Positions 9,065 through 18,531 of a stretch of 37,677 nt of DNA are shown here, in pieces. Position 1 is the stretch's first letter. Each line of letters starts with the position of its first letter. A program made the position numbers and the translations under genes. The DNA is from Candidatus Phoenicimicrobium oleiphilum (GTDB lineage Bacteria > Atribacterota > Phoenicimicrobiia > Phoenicimicrobiales > Phoenicimicrobiaceae). Under the pieces are notes generated by a model that saw only the letters and a list, made by a program, of their open reading frames with translations, had not been told where the DNA came from and did not search any database. The stretch covers positions 1-37,677 of the forward strand of contig JBDIWJ010000013.1 of assembly GCA_039638295.1 (NCBI GenBank). The letters run 5' to 3'.

Positions 9065-9154
9065 TATACGTTAAATGCTAAACGCTCAATGCTAGTTTTA
9101 TTCACTAACGACTAATTTAATCGGACAATTGGTGAATCGGTGAATTGGTAAATT
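9065..9154. repeat. Heptamer array, ACTAACGACTAATT cap and octamer array
   Basis: TATACGT TAAATGC TAAACGC TCAATGC; ACTAACGACTAATT at 9104-9117; GGACAATT GGTGAATC GGTGAATT GGTAAATT at 9123-9154. Confidence 0.8.
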
Positions 9155-10568
9155 ACAAAATATATCTACTTAAATCTTCGTTTTTTATAATATTTTGTAA
9201 CTTTTTCTTAACATATTTTCGGTCAATAGTTATATTTTTATTTTTCAAATCAGGTGCATTAAAAGAAATATCTTCTAACAGTTTTTCTAATATGGTATAA
9301 AGTCTTCTTGCCCCTATGTTTTCAGTATTTTCATTTACCATAAAGGCAATTTCAGCAATTTCAGCAATAGCGTTATCTGTAAAATCTACCCGCACTCCTT
9401 CAGTACTTAGCAATGATACATACTGTTTAATTAAAGAATTACGAGGTTCAATTAATATTCTTTTTAAATCTTCTTTGTCCAAGTTATTAAGTTCTACTCT
9501 GAGAGGGAATCTTCCTTGTAATTCAGGGATAAGATCAGAAGGTTTTGAAGTAGTAAAGGCCCCCGCAGCAATAAAAAGTATATGGTCTGTTTTTACTGCA
9601 CCATACTTAGTCATAACAGTTGACCCTTCGATAATAGGTAAAATATCTCTTTGTACCCCACCTCTGGAAACATCCGGTCCATACGATTTTTCCTGTTTTG
9701 CAATTTTATCTATTTCATCAATAAAAACAATTCCTAAATTCTCCACTCTATTTATCGCTGTTCTTATTACTTCATCCATATCTATTAGTTTTTGAGTTTC
9801 ACTATACATTAAAATTTTTCGAGCTTCTGCAACGGTTACTTTTTGTCTCCTCTTTTTCTGGGGAAACATTCTTCCTAAAATATCTCGGAAATTAATGCCC
9901 ATACCTTCGATCCCCGAGTTAGAAAAAATCTCTACTGTGGGTTGAATATTTTCTTCAATTTCAATTTCAATTATTCTATTTTCGAGCTCACCTTTTTCTA
10001 ATTTTTCTTTAAACTTTCTTTTAGTCTTTTCAAATCTTTGTTCTCTTTCATCTTTTTTATCTAAGACAACCAAAGATTCTTCTTTCTCCTCCATTCCACC
10101 ATACAGAGAATCATTAAATAAATTTCCCCTTTCTTTTCTTTTCTTACCGTTTATAGGGAATAAATAGTTTATTATCCTTTCTTCAGCCATCTGTTTTGCT
10201 TTATCTTTTACTTTATCAGCCCATTCTTTACGAACCAATTGAATACTTACTTCTGTCAGGTCTCTAATTATAGACTCTACATCCCTTCCCACATATCCAA
10301 CTTCAGTATATTTAGTAGCTTCAACTTTTACAAAAGGAGCATTAACTAATTTTGATAACCTTCTAGCAATTTCTGTTTTCCCTACCCCCGTTGGACCTAT
10401 CATTATGATATTTTTGGGTGTGACTTCATCTATTAACTCTGGAGGTAATTTTTTTCTTCTTATTCTATTTCTTAAAGCTATTGCCACTGCTCTCTTCGCA
10501 CTATCTTGTCCTATTATATATTTATTAAGTTCAGATACAATTTGCGAAGGAGTTAAATTATTATCCAA
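9153..10568 (-). CDS. hslU: ATP-dependent protease ATPase subunit HslU (ClpY)
   Basis: [54 protein letters not shown]-terminal DLSRYIL. TTG start behind GGAGG. Confidence 0.98.
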   Translation of the reverse strand: MDNNLTPSQIVSELNKYIIGQDSAKRAVAIALRNRIRRKKLPPELIDEVTPKNIIMIGPTGVGKTEIARRLSKLVNAPFVKVEATKYTEVGYVGRDVESIIRDLTEVSIQLVRKEWADKVKDKAKQMAEERIINYLFPINGKKRKERGNLFNDSLYGGMEEKEESLVVLDKKDEREQRFEKTKRKFKEKLEKGELENRIIEIEIEENIQPTVEIFSNSGIEGMGINFRDILGRMFPQKKRRQKVTVAEARKILMYSETQKLIDMDEVIRTAINRVENLGIVFIDEIDKIAKQEKSYGPDVSRGGVQRDILPIIEGSTVMTKYGAVKTDHILFIAAGAFTTSKPSDLIPELQGRFPLRVELNNLDKEDLKRILIEPRNSLIKQYVSLLSTEGVRVDFTDNAIAEIAEIAFMVNENTENIGARRLYTILEKLLEDISFNAPDLKNKNITIDRKYVKKKLQNIIKNEDLSRYIL

Positions 10569-10588
10569 GGTAAACCCTCCTCTTCTTT

Positions 10589-11116
10589 TCATATTTTTTC
10601 TACCACAATTTTATCATTAGTGTAAATACAGATTGACGATGCAATTTTTAATGATTCTAAAGCTATTTCGTAGGCAGATAAATCCGAAAATTTAATCAAA
10701 GCTTTAGCTGCTGCCAGGGCATAGGGTCCGCCTGATCCAATGGCAGCAATATTATCGTCAGGTTCTATTATATCACCTGTTCCTGAGACTATAAACATAT
10801 TTTTTTTATCCGCCACAATTAATATTGCTTCTAATTTGCGTAAAATTTTGTCAGTTCTCCACTCTTTTGCCAGTGAAATAACTGCCCTGGTTAAATTGCC
10901 TTGAAATTCATCTAATTTTTTTTCAAATCTTTCAAAAAGTGTAATAGCGTCAGCACTTGTTCCGGCAAATCCAGTTAAGACTTTACCATTATAAATTTTT
11001 CTTATCTTTTTAGTATTATTTTTCATAATGGTATTGCCTATGCTTATCTGCCCATCACCAGCAATAGCAACTCCATCCTTATTTTTTATGGCTAAAATCG
11101 TCGTACCTTTAAACAT
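10589..11116 (-). CDS. hslV: ATP-dependent protease peptidase subunit HslV (ClpQ)
   Basis: N-terminal [39 protein letters not shown]. Start codon uncertain (11116 or 11128). Confidence 0.97.
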   Translation of the reverse strand: MFKGTTILAIKNKDGVAIAGDGQISIGNTIMKNNTKKIRKIYNGKVLTGFAGTSADAITLFERFEKKLDEFQGNLTRAVISLAKEWRTDKILRKLEAILIVADKKNMFIVSGTGDIIEPDDNIAAIGSGGPYALAAAKALIKFSDLSAYEIALESLKIASSICIYTNDKIVVEKI

Positions 11117-11207
11117 TTTAAATATCATCTCCCCCTGCATTTATATAATCTTATAATAAAATCAAATTAAAATCATAAAACGAAATAATAAAAACTATAA
11201 AACTGAT

Positions 11208-11325
11208 CAAGAGCCCAGAATTCAGGAGCCATGAGTCAGAATATAGTATTATGTATATTTAAGATTATTCAGAATACTGAATTCTGGCTTCTGACTCCTA
11301 TCTTGCTTACGAGATACAAGATACT
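11208..11325. repeat. Inverted pair of CAGRAKY heptamer arrays plus a CGTATCT-type heptamer remnant
   Basis: CAGAATT CAGGAGC CATGAGT CAGAATA (11216-11243) faces TATTCAG AATACTG AATTCTG GCTTCTG ACTCCTA (11266-11300), then TTACGAGATACAAGATACT. Confidence 0.85.
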
Positions 11326-11354
11326 GATTTGGTTTTGCGCTTCATTTTTTATCC

Positions 11355-12263
11355 CTAAGACCTAGGGTGTGATTTTTGATAGATTTCTTTTAAACGTTCC
11401 TTAGTAATATGAGTATATATCTGAGTAGTAGATAAACTTTTATGACCCAGGAGTTCTTGAACAGAACGTAAATCTGCTCCTCCGCCCAATAGATGAGTAG
11501 CAAATGAATGCCTTAATACATGGGGACTTAGCTTTTTATTTAAACCAGCAATTTTTATATATTTTATAATAATTCTTCGTATACTTCTAGCGGTTAATCT
11601 TCCTCCAAAACGATTTAAAAATAATGCATTTTCATTAATTATTTTAGCAGATTTATCCTTATTAAAAAGATGTCTTTTTTCTACATATTCTTGAATTGCC
11701 TTTATAACAGGGTTGCTTAAAGGGAGGATTCTTTCTTTTGAACCTTTCCCCAAGACTTTTATAATTTTTTCGTTGAAATCAATATCATTGATATTTATAT
11801 TAGTCAATTCACTAACTCTAATTCCAGTCCCATAAAGTATTTCAAGAATCGCTCTATCTCTAATTCCAGATAGTTTATTCCTTGATGGTGTTTCAATAAG
11901 CTTATTAACTTCTTGCAAATATAAAAAATATGGTAATTTCTTCTCTATTTTAGGTGTTATTAAATTCAAGGTAGGATTTGTATCGATGATTTCTTCTTTG
12001 TGAAGAAATTTAAAAAAAGAACGAGCCGTAGACACTTTTCGGGAAATACTTCTCTTGGAATACTTTTTTTCCTTTAAATAAACTACGAATTTCCTCATAA
12101 TTTGATGATCAATATATTTTATATCATTCTTTCTTAATAATTTATATTTTCTTATAAAACTAAATAGTTGGTTCAAATCATTTTTATATGAAATAATAGT
12201 ATTGTCAGAATAATTTTTTTCATTTCTTAAATATTTTTGGTATGTTTCTATATATTTTTTCAT
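11355..12263 (-). CDS. xerC: Tyrosine recombinase XerC/CodV
   Basis: RDRAILEILYGTGIRVSEL, GKGSKER, SPHVLRHSFATHLL, LLGHKSLSTTQIYTH; topA-xerC-hslVU context. Confidence 0.93.
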   Translation of the reverse strand: MKKYIETYQKYLRNEKNYSDNTIISYKNDLNQLFSFIRKYKLLRKNDIKYIDHQIMRKFVVYLKEKKYSKRSISRKVSTARSFFKFLHKEEIIDTNPTLNLITPKIEKKLPYFLYLQEVNKLIETPSRNKLSGIRDRAILEILYGTGIRVSELTNININDIDFNEKIIKVLGKGSKERILPLSNPVIKAIQEYVEKRHLFNKDKSAKIINENALFLNRFGGRLTARSIRRIIIKYIKIAGLNKKLSPHVLRHSFATHLLGGGADLRSVQELLGHKSLSTTQIYTHITKERLKEIYQKSHPRS

Positions 12264-12327
12264 TTTGATATTCCTTTATGTGTGCTATTAATTATTTTAC
12301 AAATAATAGTACAAATTAGAAACATTT

Positions 12328-12357
12328 AAGATTATCAGAGGAGCAAACTCCCCTGAA
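12328..12357. repeat. Family A copy 3 (left 30 bp only)
   Basis: AAGATTATCAGAGGAGCAAACTCCCCTGAA. Confidence 0.85.
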
Positions 12358-12394
12358 TTTTCTTTTTTTAACAATTTTAATTTTAATTATATTT

Positions 12395-14500
12395 TTATTT
12401 CTTTTGAATTTCCTGATAAGAACATTTTGGATTACCACATTTATAGTAAAGGCCATTTTTTTTAATATTTTTGGTTAGAATATAACCGCAATGAGGACAC
12501 CTTTTATTTATGGGTTCATTCCAGGACATAAAAGAACAATCTGGATAATTACTACATCCATAAAATATTCTTCCTTTTTTGGTCCTTCTTTTAATAATTT
12601 CTCCTGTACATCCTGTCTGGGGGCAAGGAACACCAATTTTATCTAAAAAGGGTTTGGTGTTTTTACAATCAGGAAAACCTGAACAAGCTAAAAATTTACC
12701 AAATCGGCCATTTTTTATCAACATCTTACGTCCACATTCTTCACATATTTCTTCACTATATACTTCAGCTACTTTATATTTTATTGCGGTACTTGCTTTT
12801 TCTAAATCTTTTAAAAAAGTATTGTAAAATTTTACCAGTATGTCCTTCCAATCTTTACCATTAGATTCAATTTCGTCGAGTTGTTTTTCCATTTTTGAAG
12901 TAAAAGTAATATTAACAATATCAGGAAAATACTTTGTTAAGAAAGAATTTACGATAATTCCTAATTCTGTAGGTTTAAATTTTTTATCTATTTTTTCAAC
13001 ATATAGTCGACGTAAAATAGTATCTATAATGGGTACGTAAGTACTTGGACGACCTATTCCTTCTTTTTCCAATTTTTTCACTAAACTAGCCTCAGTATAT
13101 CTTGGTGGAGGTTTGGTAAAACATTGGTCAGCTTTTAAATCCAATAACTTCAGTTTTTCTCCCTCCTTAAGAGGAGGAAGCTTATTTAAATCAATGTTAT
13201 TTTGATTATATACAATCATAAAACCACTAAATAATACCTCAACTCCAGAGGATTTAAAAATGTATTTCCCAGATTCAATTTCCACGTTTATTTTTTCCAA
13301 ATAAGCTGCTTTCATTCTGCTTGCCATAAATCTCTGCCAGATTAAATTGTATAATTTATACTGATCATTATTTAAAAATCTCTTAATCGATTCCGGGTGG
13401 TTAAAAACAGAGGTTGGTCTAATGGCTTCATGTGCATCCTGGATTTTTACTTCCTTTATCTTATCTGAGCTTTTTGTGGAAAGATGTACGGGCCTAACAT
13501 ATTCTTTTCCATATTTTTCTTCTATGTATTTTTTCGCCTGATTTTTTATCTCATCTGATACCCTTAAAGAATCGGTACGCATATAAGTAATTAAACCAGT
13601 AGGTCCTCTTTCACCTAAGGTAATACCTTCATATAATTTTTGTGCAATACTCATAGTTTTTTTAATTGAAAAGTTCAATCTATTATATGCTTCTTGTTGC
13701 AAAGTACTGGTAGTAAACGGAGGAGGAGGATTTTTTAGTGCTTTCTTTTTTTGAATACCTTTAATATAAAAATCTTGTTTTCTTAAGTCATCACAAATTT
13801 GAGTTGCTTCTTTTTCGTTTTTTATATTTATCTTCTTTGAGTTAAAAGAATACAACTTCGCTTCAAAGGAATTCAATTCTGTATCTTTTATATCCATATT
13901 TTCAATCTTTTTAAGCAAAGCCTTTATTAACCAATATTCTTCTTTTTTAAATTTTTCTATCTCTTCTTCTCTTTCACATATCAAGCGTAAGGCAACAGAT
14001 TGAACTCTACCAGCACTTAACTTTTTACCAATTTTTTCCCATAATAAAGGACTAATTTTATAACCTACCAGCCTATCTAATATTCTCCTTGCTTTTTGAG
14101 AATTCACCATATTAGAGTCAATTTCTCTCGGCTTTTCAAATGCTTGCAATACAGCTCTTTCAGTTATTTCATTAAAACTTATTCTATTTTTATCATTTTT
14201 AATTTTTAATTTTTGTGCAACATGCCAGGCAATCGCCTCTCCCTCTCTATCGGGATCAGTTGCTAAGAATATCTTTTCTCTATTTTGGGACACTTTTTCT
14301 AATTCTTTTACAGTATTTCTTTGTTTTGGAATAATAACATATTTAGGTTCAAAACCGTTTTCAATATCAATACCTAATGTTGTTTTCGGTAAATCAATAA
14401 TATGTCCTTTAGTAGATTTAATAAGATAATTTTCTCCTAATATTTTTTTCAAAGTCTTCTCTTTAGTTGGTGATTCCACAATTACCAGATATTTTGACAT
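12395..14500 (-). CDS. topA: DNA topoisomerase I with C-terminal zinc ribbons
   Basis: LVIVESPTK, ATDPDREGEAIAWH, SAGRVQS, ITYMRTDS, QDAHEAIRPT, GIGRPSTY, three C4 zinc fingers. Confidence 0.98.
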   Translation of the reverse strand: MSKYLVIVESPTKEKTLKKILGENYLIKSTKGHIIDLPKTTLGIDIENGFEPKYVIIPKQRNTVKELEKVSQNREKIFLATDPDREGEAIAWHVAQKLKIKNDKNRISFNEITERAVLQAFEKPREIDSNMVNSQKARRILDRLVGYKISPLLWEKIGKKLSAGRVQSVALRLICEREEEIEKFKKEEYWLIKALLKKIENMDIKDTELNSFEAKLYSFNSKKINIKNEKEATQICDDLRKQDFYIKGIQKKKALKNPPPPFTTSTLQQEAYNRLNFSIKKTMSIAQKLYEGITLGERGPTGLITYMRTDSLRVSDEIKNQAKKYIEEKYGKEYVRPVHLSTKSSDKIKEVKIQDAHEAIRPTSVFNHPESIKRFLNNDQYKLYNLIWQRFMASRMKAAYLEKINVEIESGKYIFKSSGVEVLFSGFMIVYNQNNIDLNKLPPLKEGEKLKLLDLKADQCFTKPPPRYTEASLVKKLEKEGIGRPSTYVPIIDTILRRLYVEKIDKKFKPTELGIIVNSFLTKYFPDIVNITFTSKMEKQLDEIESNGKDWKDILVKFYNTFLKDLEKASTAIKYKVAEVYSEEICEECGRKMLIKNGRFGKFLACSGFPDCKNTKPFLDKIGVPCPQTGCTGEIIKRRTKKGRIFYGCSNYPDCSFMSWNEPINKRCPHCGYILTKNIKKNGLYYKCGNPKCSYQEIQKK

Positions 14501-14542
14501 TAACATACCTCATAAAATTACTATTTTTATTTAATCTAATTC

Positions 14543-15649
14543 TTATTTCCCTCTTAACCTATTATATAGATCAACAGGCCAGGATGGCAAAATTATCGCT
14601 CCATAAGGGCAGTGCTCTTCACAACAGAAGCAAGAAATACATTTCTTTCTGTCTGCTTCAGGGAAATTATTATTTAAATTCATTGCAAAAGTCGGGCAAA
14701 CCTTTATACATCTCTGGCATTGTTTACATTTATTATGATCTATAATTGGTTTAACTTTGGCAAAATTAAATACATAGGGAACAGCTGCTTTTCTAATTTT
14801 CTGTAATAAATTGTGGTTGGGAGTTTTAAATCCTGATATAACTTCCAATTTCCCATCAATATTTATTTTAGATATGTCTATCTCCCCTAAATTTTTTCTC
14901 TGAGCTATTTGCAATAGCTCAATTGATTCTGGTTTAAGCCCCATCATAGCAGCCATTACCGAATCTAAAGAAATTCCATTATCACTAACTATTATTTTAT
15001 TTATTGCCCTGGGCTTTCCATTAGTAGGGCCGATGCCTTCCATCCCAATAATTGCATCCATTATGTTTATATCCGGAATTCTTATCTGGTAAATATCTAC
15101 TAATAATTCAGCAAACTCATTGATAGAATGAGTTAATGTATGCAATTGTGCTTTTCTACCACCCGGAATTATTCCAAACATATTTTTAATTGCCCCGGTA
15201 ATAGTAGTTAAACTATGAGTCTTGAATTTAGGAACATTAATAATATAATCCGCCTCTGTAACTATCTTAGAAATAAAAAGTTTATTGAAGAATTTTGATT
15301 TTACCTCTAATTCTATAACTTCTTTGGCAATATTGGTAAAACAACCATCTGAAGCAGCTAAAATTCCGGTCACTTTAGCGATTTTTAGAGGATTAAAATG
15401 TATACTACCTGAATTATCTCCAACAATTATTTCTTTTGCTTTACTTTTTTTTAGTTTTTTTACAATTTCCGATATCAATCTTGGGTCTGTAGTTACCCCG
15501 CGTTCAGGTGAAAATGCCCCTAATAAATTTGGTTTTACTAAAACTTTTTTGTTTTCTATCTTTTCTTTTATTTTATATTTTTCGAATATCTCGTCTATTA
15601 TTCCAGATATTTCGTTGTTTAAAGTATCTCGAATTATTACCTGATCCAT
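14543..15649 (-). CDS. DUF362-domain protein with C-terminal 2x[4Fe-4S] ferredoxin domain
   Basis: KVLVKPNL, INVPKFKTH..TTITGAIKNMFG, DAIIGMEGIGP; CKQCQRCIKVCP and CISCFCCEEHCP. Confidence 0.88.
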   Translation of the reverse strand: MDQVIIRDTLNNEISGIIDEIFEKYKIKEKIENKKVLVKPNLLGAFSPERGVTTDPRLISEIVKKLKKSKAKEIIVGDNSGSIHFNPLKIAKVTGILAASDGCFTNIAKEVIELEVKSKFFNKLFISKIVTEADYIINVPKFKTHSLTTITGAIKNMFGIIPGGRKAQLHTLTHSINEFAELLVDIYQIRIPDINIMDAIIGMEGIGPTNGKPRAINKIIVSDNGISLDSVMAAMMGLKPESIELLQIAQRKNLGEIDISKINIDGKLEVISGFKTPNHNLLQKIRKAAVPYVFNFAKVKPIIDHNKCKQCQRCIKVCPTFAMNLNNNFPEADRKKCISCFCCEEHCPYGAIILPSWPVDLYNRLRGK

Positions 15650-15675
15650 TTTTTTCCTCTATTCTTATCTAATTT

Positions 15676-16284
15676 TTATTTTTTTTCTACTTCTATTTTT
15701 TCTAATATTTTTCTTTCCTTTCCTGCTCTTAATCTCTTAATATTTTCTCTATGTCTAATAACTGCAATAAGAAGTATTATTATACTAAATATAATATACT
15801 CATATGGTTGTTTAAATAATATCATAAAAAGTAATATAGCTGCGAGCGATGTAATAGAAGCTAAAGAAGCATATTTAGTTAAAATGGTAATTATAAGCCA
15901 AACTATTGCTCCCAATATAGATACTTTTAAATTAAATGCAAATATCACTCCAAATGTAGTTGCTATTCCTTTTCCACCTTTAAATCCCAGAAATATAGAC
16001 CAATCGTGGCCACAAATTACTGCTAACCCTGCAATTATCAGGATAAATAAATTGTCAATATTTAAAAAATGAATTAAATAGATAGAACATATTCCCTTAC
16101 TAATATCTCCAATCAATACCAGAGAAGCTAATGCTGGTCCTAATATCCGAAAAGCATTAGTTGCACCTATGTTTCCACTTCCGTATTCTCTTATATCTAT
16201 TTTTTTAAATAATTTAGCAATAATATACCCAAAAGGAATAGAACCTAATAGATAACAAGCTATAATAGATAAAATTACTTTCAT
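15676..16284 (-). CDS. plsY: Glycerol-3-phosphate acyltransferase
   Basis: YLLGSIPFG, GSGNIGATNAFR, GHDWS..FKGGKGIAT, RHRENIKRL. Confidence 0.97.
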   Translation of the reverse strand: MKVILSIIACYLLGSIPFGYIIAKLFKKIDIREYGSGNIGATNAFRILGPALASLVLIGDISKGICSIYLIHFLNIDNLFILIIAGLAVICGHDWSIFLGFKGGKGIATTFGVIFAFNLKVSILGAIVWLIITILTKYASLASITSLAAILLFMILFKQPYEYIIFSIIILLIAVIRHRENIKRLRAGKERKILEKIEVEKK

Positions 16285-16285
16285 A

Positions 16286-17623
16286 TTATCTTCCCCTTTT
16301 ATTTTTATTTGCTAAATTAATAATTACTGGAGAACCTTCAAATCCAAAAGTTTCATATAACTTATTTTCTAAATATCTATAGTAAGAGTCATACATTAAT
16401 TTAGGATTGTTCACAAATAATACGAAATTAGGAGGTTTTATTCCTACCTGAGTAATATAATTTATTTTTAAACCACCCCCTCTTGCATATTTTGGTGGAT
16501 TTTCAGATACAATTTTTCTTAGAAAAACATTTAGAGCTGAAGTAGGAATTCTTTTACTATATTGAAAAGCAATTTCTTTTATCTTTAATAAAATCTTATT
16601 AATATTATATCCGGTTACAGCAGAAGTTAGAATGATAGGTGCATTCTTTATAAAAGATAATTCATATCTAATCTCTTTAATTAGTAAATTCCTATCTACT
16701 TCATTTTTAATTAAATCAAATTTGTTTAGTATTATGATACAAGCCCTTTTTTCCTTTCTTATATAACTTGCAATTTTTTTATCTTGCATGCTTATACCCT
16801 GGGTAGAGTCTAATATTAATAATACTATATCGGAATTATCCACAGCCCTATATGTTCTTAAGGTACTATAATATTCAATATCTTTTTTAAGCTTTGATTT
16901 ACTTTTTAAGCCAGCAGTATCAATAAATTTTAATTTTAATGAACCCTGCTTAAATGTTACCTCAATAGCATCCCTGGTAGTTCCTGGTTGTTCACTAGTT
17001 ATTATTCTGTTTTCCCCTAAAATGCAATTTAATAAACTTGATTTACCTACATTTGGTTTACCTAAAATTGATACTCTTATAAGTTCTTCTTCTTCTTCTT
17101 CCGATTTTACAGTTGCAATTGAAGTAACATTCACTATTCTATCTAACAAATCACTGACATTTAATCCCTGTTCTGCTGAAATGATAAAAGGTTCTCCAAG
17201 CCCTAATTCATAAATTTCGTATAATTTGAATTCACTTTCTTTTATATCACCTTTGTTTGCTACCAGGATAGTTGGCTTATTTTTTTTTCTAATAATTTTT
17301 GCAACTTTAAAATCATTGGGGTTGATTCCTTCTTTAATATCAACCAATAATAGGATTAAATCTGCTTCTTCTATTGCCAATTCAGTTTGGGCGATAACTT
17401 TATTATGAATTTCTTCTTTCTCTAAATATTCAATTCCACCAGTATCAACAATAATAAATTGGTGCCCTTTCCATTCACATTCTGCGTAGATTCTATCTCT
17501 GGTAATGCCTGGTTCATTCTTAACAATGGCAATTCTCTCTCCCACAATTTTGTTAAATAAAGTAGATTTCCCTACATTTATTCTTCCAATAATAGCCACG
17601 ATTGGTTTTTTTGAATTAGACAT
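16286..17623 (-). CDS. der: Ribosome biogenesis GTPase Der (EngA)
   Basis: Two GTPase domains (GRINVGKSTLFN/DTGG and GKPNVGKSSLLN/DTAG) plus a KH-like C-terminus. Confidence 0.98.
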   Translation of the reverse strand: MSNSKKPIVAIIGRINVGKSTLFNKIVGERIAIVKNEPGITRDRIYAECEWKGHQFIIVDTGGIEYLEKEEIHNKVIAQTELAIEEADLILLLVDIKEGINPNDFKVAKIIRKKNKPTILVANKGDIKESEFKLYEIYELGLGEPFIISAEQGLNVSDLLDRIVNVTSIATVKSEEEEEELIRVSILGKPNVGKSSLLNCILGENRIITSEQPGTTRDAIEVTFKQGSLKLKFIDTAGLKSKSKLKKDIEYYSTLRTYRAVDNSDIVLLILDSTQGISMQDKKIASYIRKEKRACIIILNKFDLIKNEVDRNLLIKEIRYELSFIKNAPIILTSAVTGYNINKILLKIKEIAFQYSKRIPTSALNVFLRKIVSENPPKYARGGGLKINYITQVGIKPPNFVLFVNNPKLMYDSYYRYLENKLYETFGFEGSPVIINLANKNKRGR

Positions 17624-17660
17624 TCTAACCTCTTAAAGAATTTATTATATTAATCTATTG

Positions 17661-18335
17661 TTAATTTATTTTATCACTTTTCATTATGATATTTTTCATT
17701 CTTTTAATTGTTTCTTCCGGTTTTGTGCTTCTAAATATTGTTTGACCCGCTACCACAATATCTACCCCAGCATTGATAACTTGAGAAAGATTGTCCAGGT
17801 TTATACCACCATCAACTTCCAATTCAATTGATTTTTTTTGAGTATCGATAATTTCTTTTGCTCTGGTAATCTTGTTATACATTTCTGGGATGAACTTCTG
17901 TCCTCCAAAACCAGGGTTAACTGTCATTAATAAAAGCAAATCTATCTTATTTATTATATATTCGATTACATTTAAAGGTGTTGCTGGATTTAAGGCAATA
18001 CCACATTTAACTCCCATATCTATAATAGTCTGTATAACCCTATCAAGATGTAGACAAGTTTCATAGTGGATAGTTATAATATCGCCTCCTGCTTTAATAA
18101 AAGATTCAATATGGTTGGCTGGATTTTCCACCATTAAATGGACATCAAGCGGAAGTGATGTTTTGCTTTTAATGGATCTAACAATATTCGGACCAAAAGA
18201 TATATTAGGTACAAAATGCCCATCCATAATATCCAGATGGATTAAATCCGCACCTCCATTTTCTATTACTTTTAATTCACTTCCTAAACAACTAAAATCT
18301 GCATCTAATATTGAAGGAGCGAGTTTCTTTACCAT
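17661..18335 (-). CDS. rpe: Ribulose-phosphate 3-epimerase
   Basis: APSILDADF, HLDIMDGHFVPNISFG, DVHLMV, MTVNPGFGGQKF, EVDGGI. Confidence 0.98.
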   Translation of the reverse strand: MVKKLAPSILDADFSCLGSELKVIENGGADLIHLDIMDGHFVPNISFGPNIVRSIKSKTSLPLDVHLMVENPANHIESFIKAGGDIITIHYETCLHLDRVIQTIIDMGVKCGIALNPATPLNVIEYIINKIDLLLLMTVNPGFGGQKFIPEMYNKITRAKEIIDTQKKSIELEVDGGINLDNLSQVINAGVDIVVAGQTIFRSTKPEETIKRMKNIIMKSDKIN

Positions 18336-18444
18336 AATTATACCACCTCATTTTTGAATTTATATCTTCAATTATTACTTCCTATACGCTATATGTTAAC
18401 AATTATCTGCTTATGAATTTTAAATCCTGTCTTTTCCTTTCTTC

Positions 18445-18477
18445 TTCACCAATTGGTGAAAATCCATTCTTTATTCA
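18445..18477. repeat. Perfect 16 bp palindrome fused to a segment shared with 23021-23044
   Basis: TTCACCAATTGGTGAA (18445-18460); TGGTGAAAATCCATTCTTTATTCA matches TGGTTAAAATCCATTCTTTATTCA at 23/24 positions. Confidence 0.7.
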
Positions 18478-18531
18478 AACTTATGCTCTTATTTTACCAT
18501 ATCGTTTATTTTTTGGATTACAGACATACTA

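Noticed and set aside
11355..12263. xerC as the integrase of a mobile island or as the mobiliser of the repeats
   Set aside because: It sits in the standard topA-xerC-hslVU chromosomal context with no cargo or att-like flanks, and nothing in the sequence links it to the repeats.
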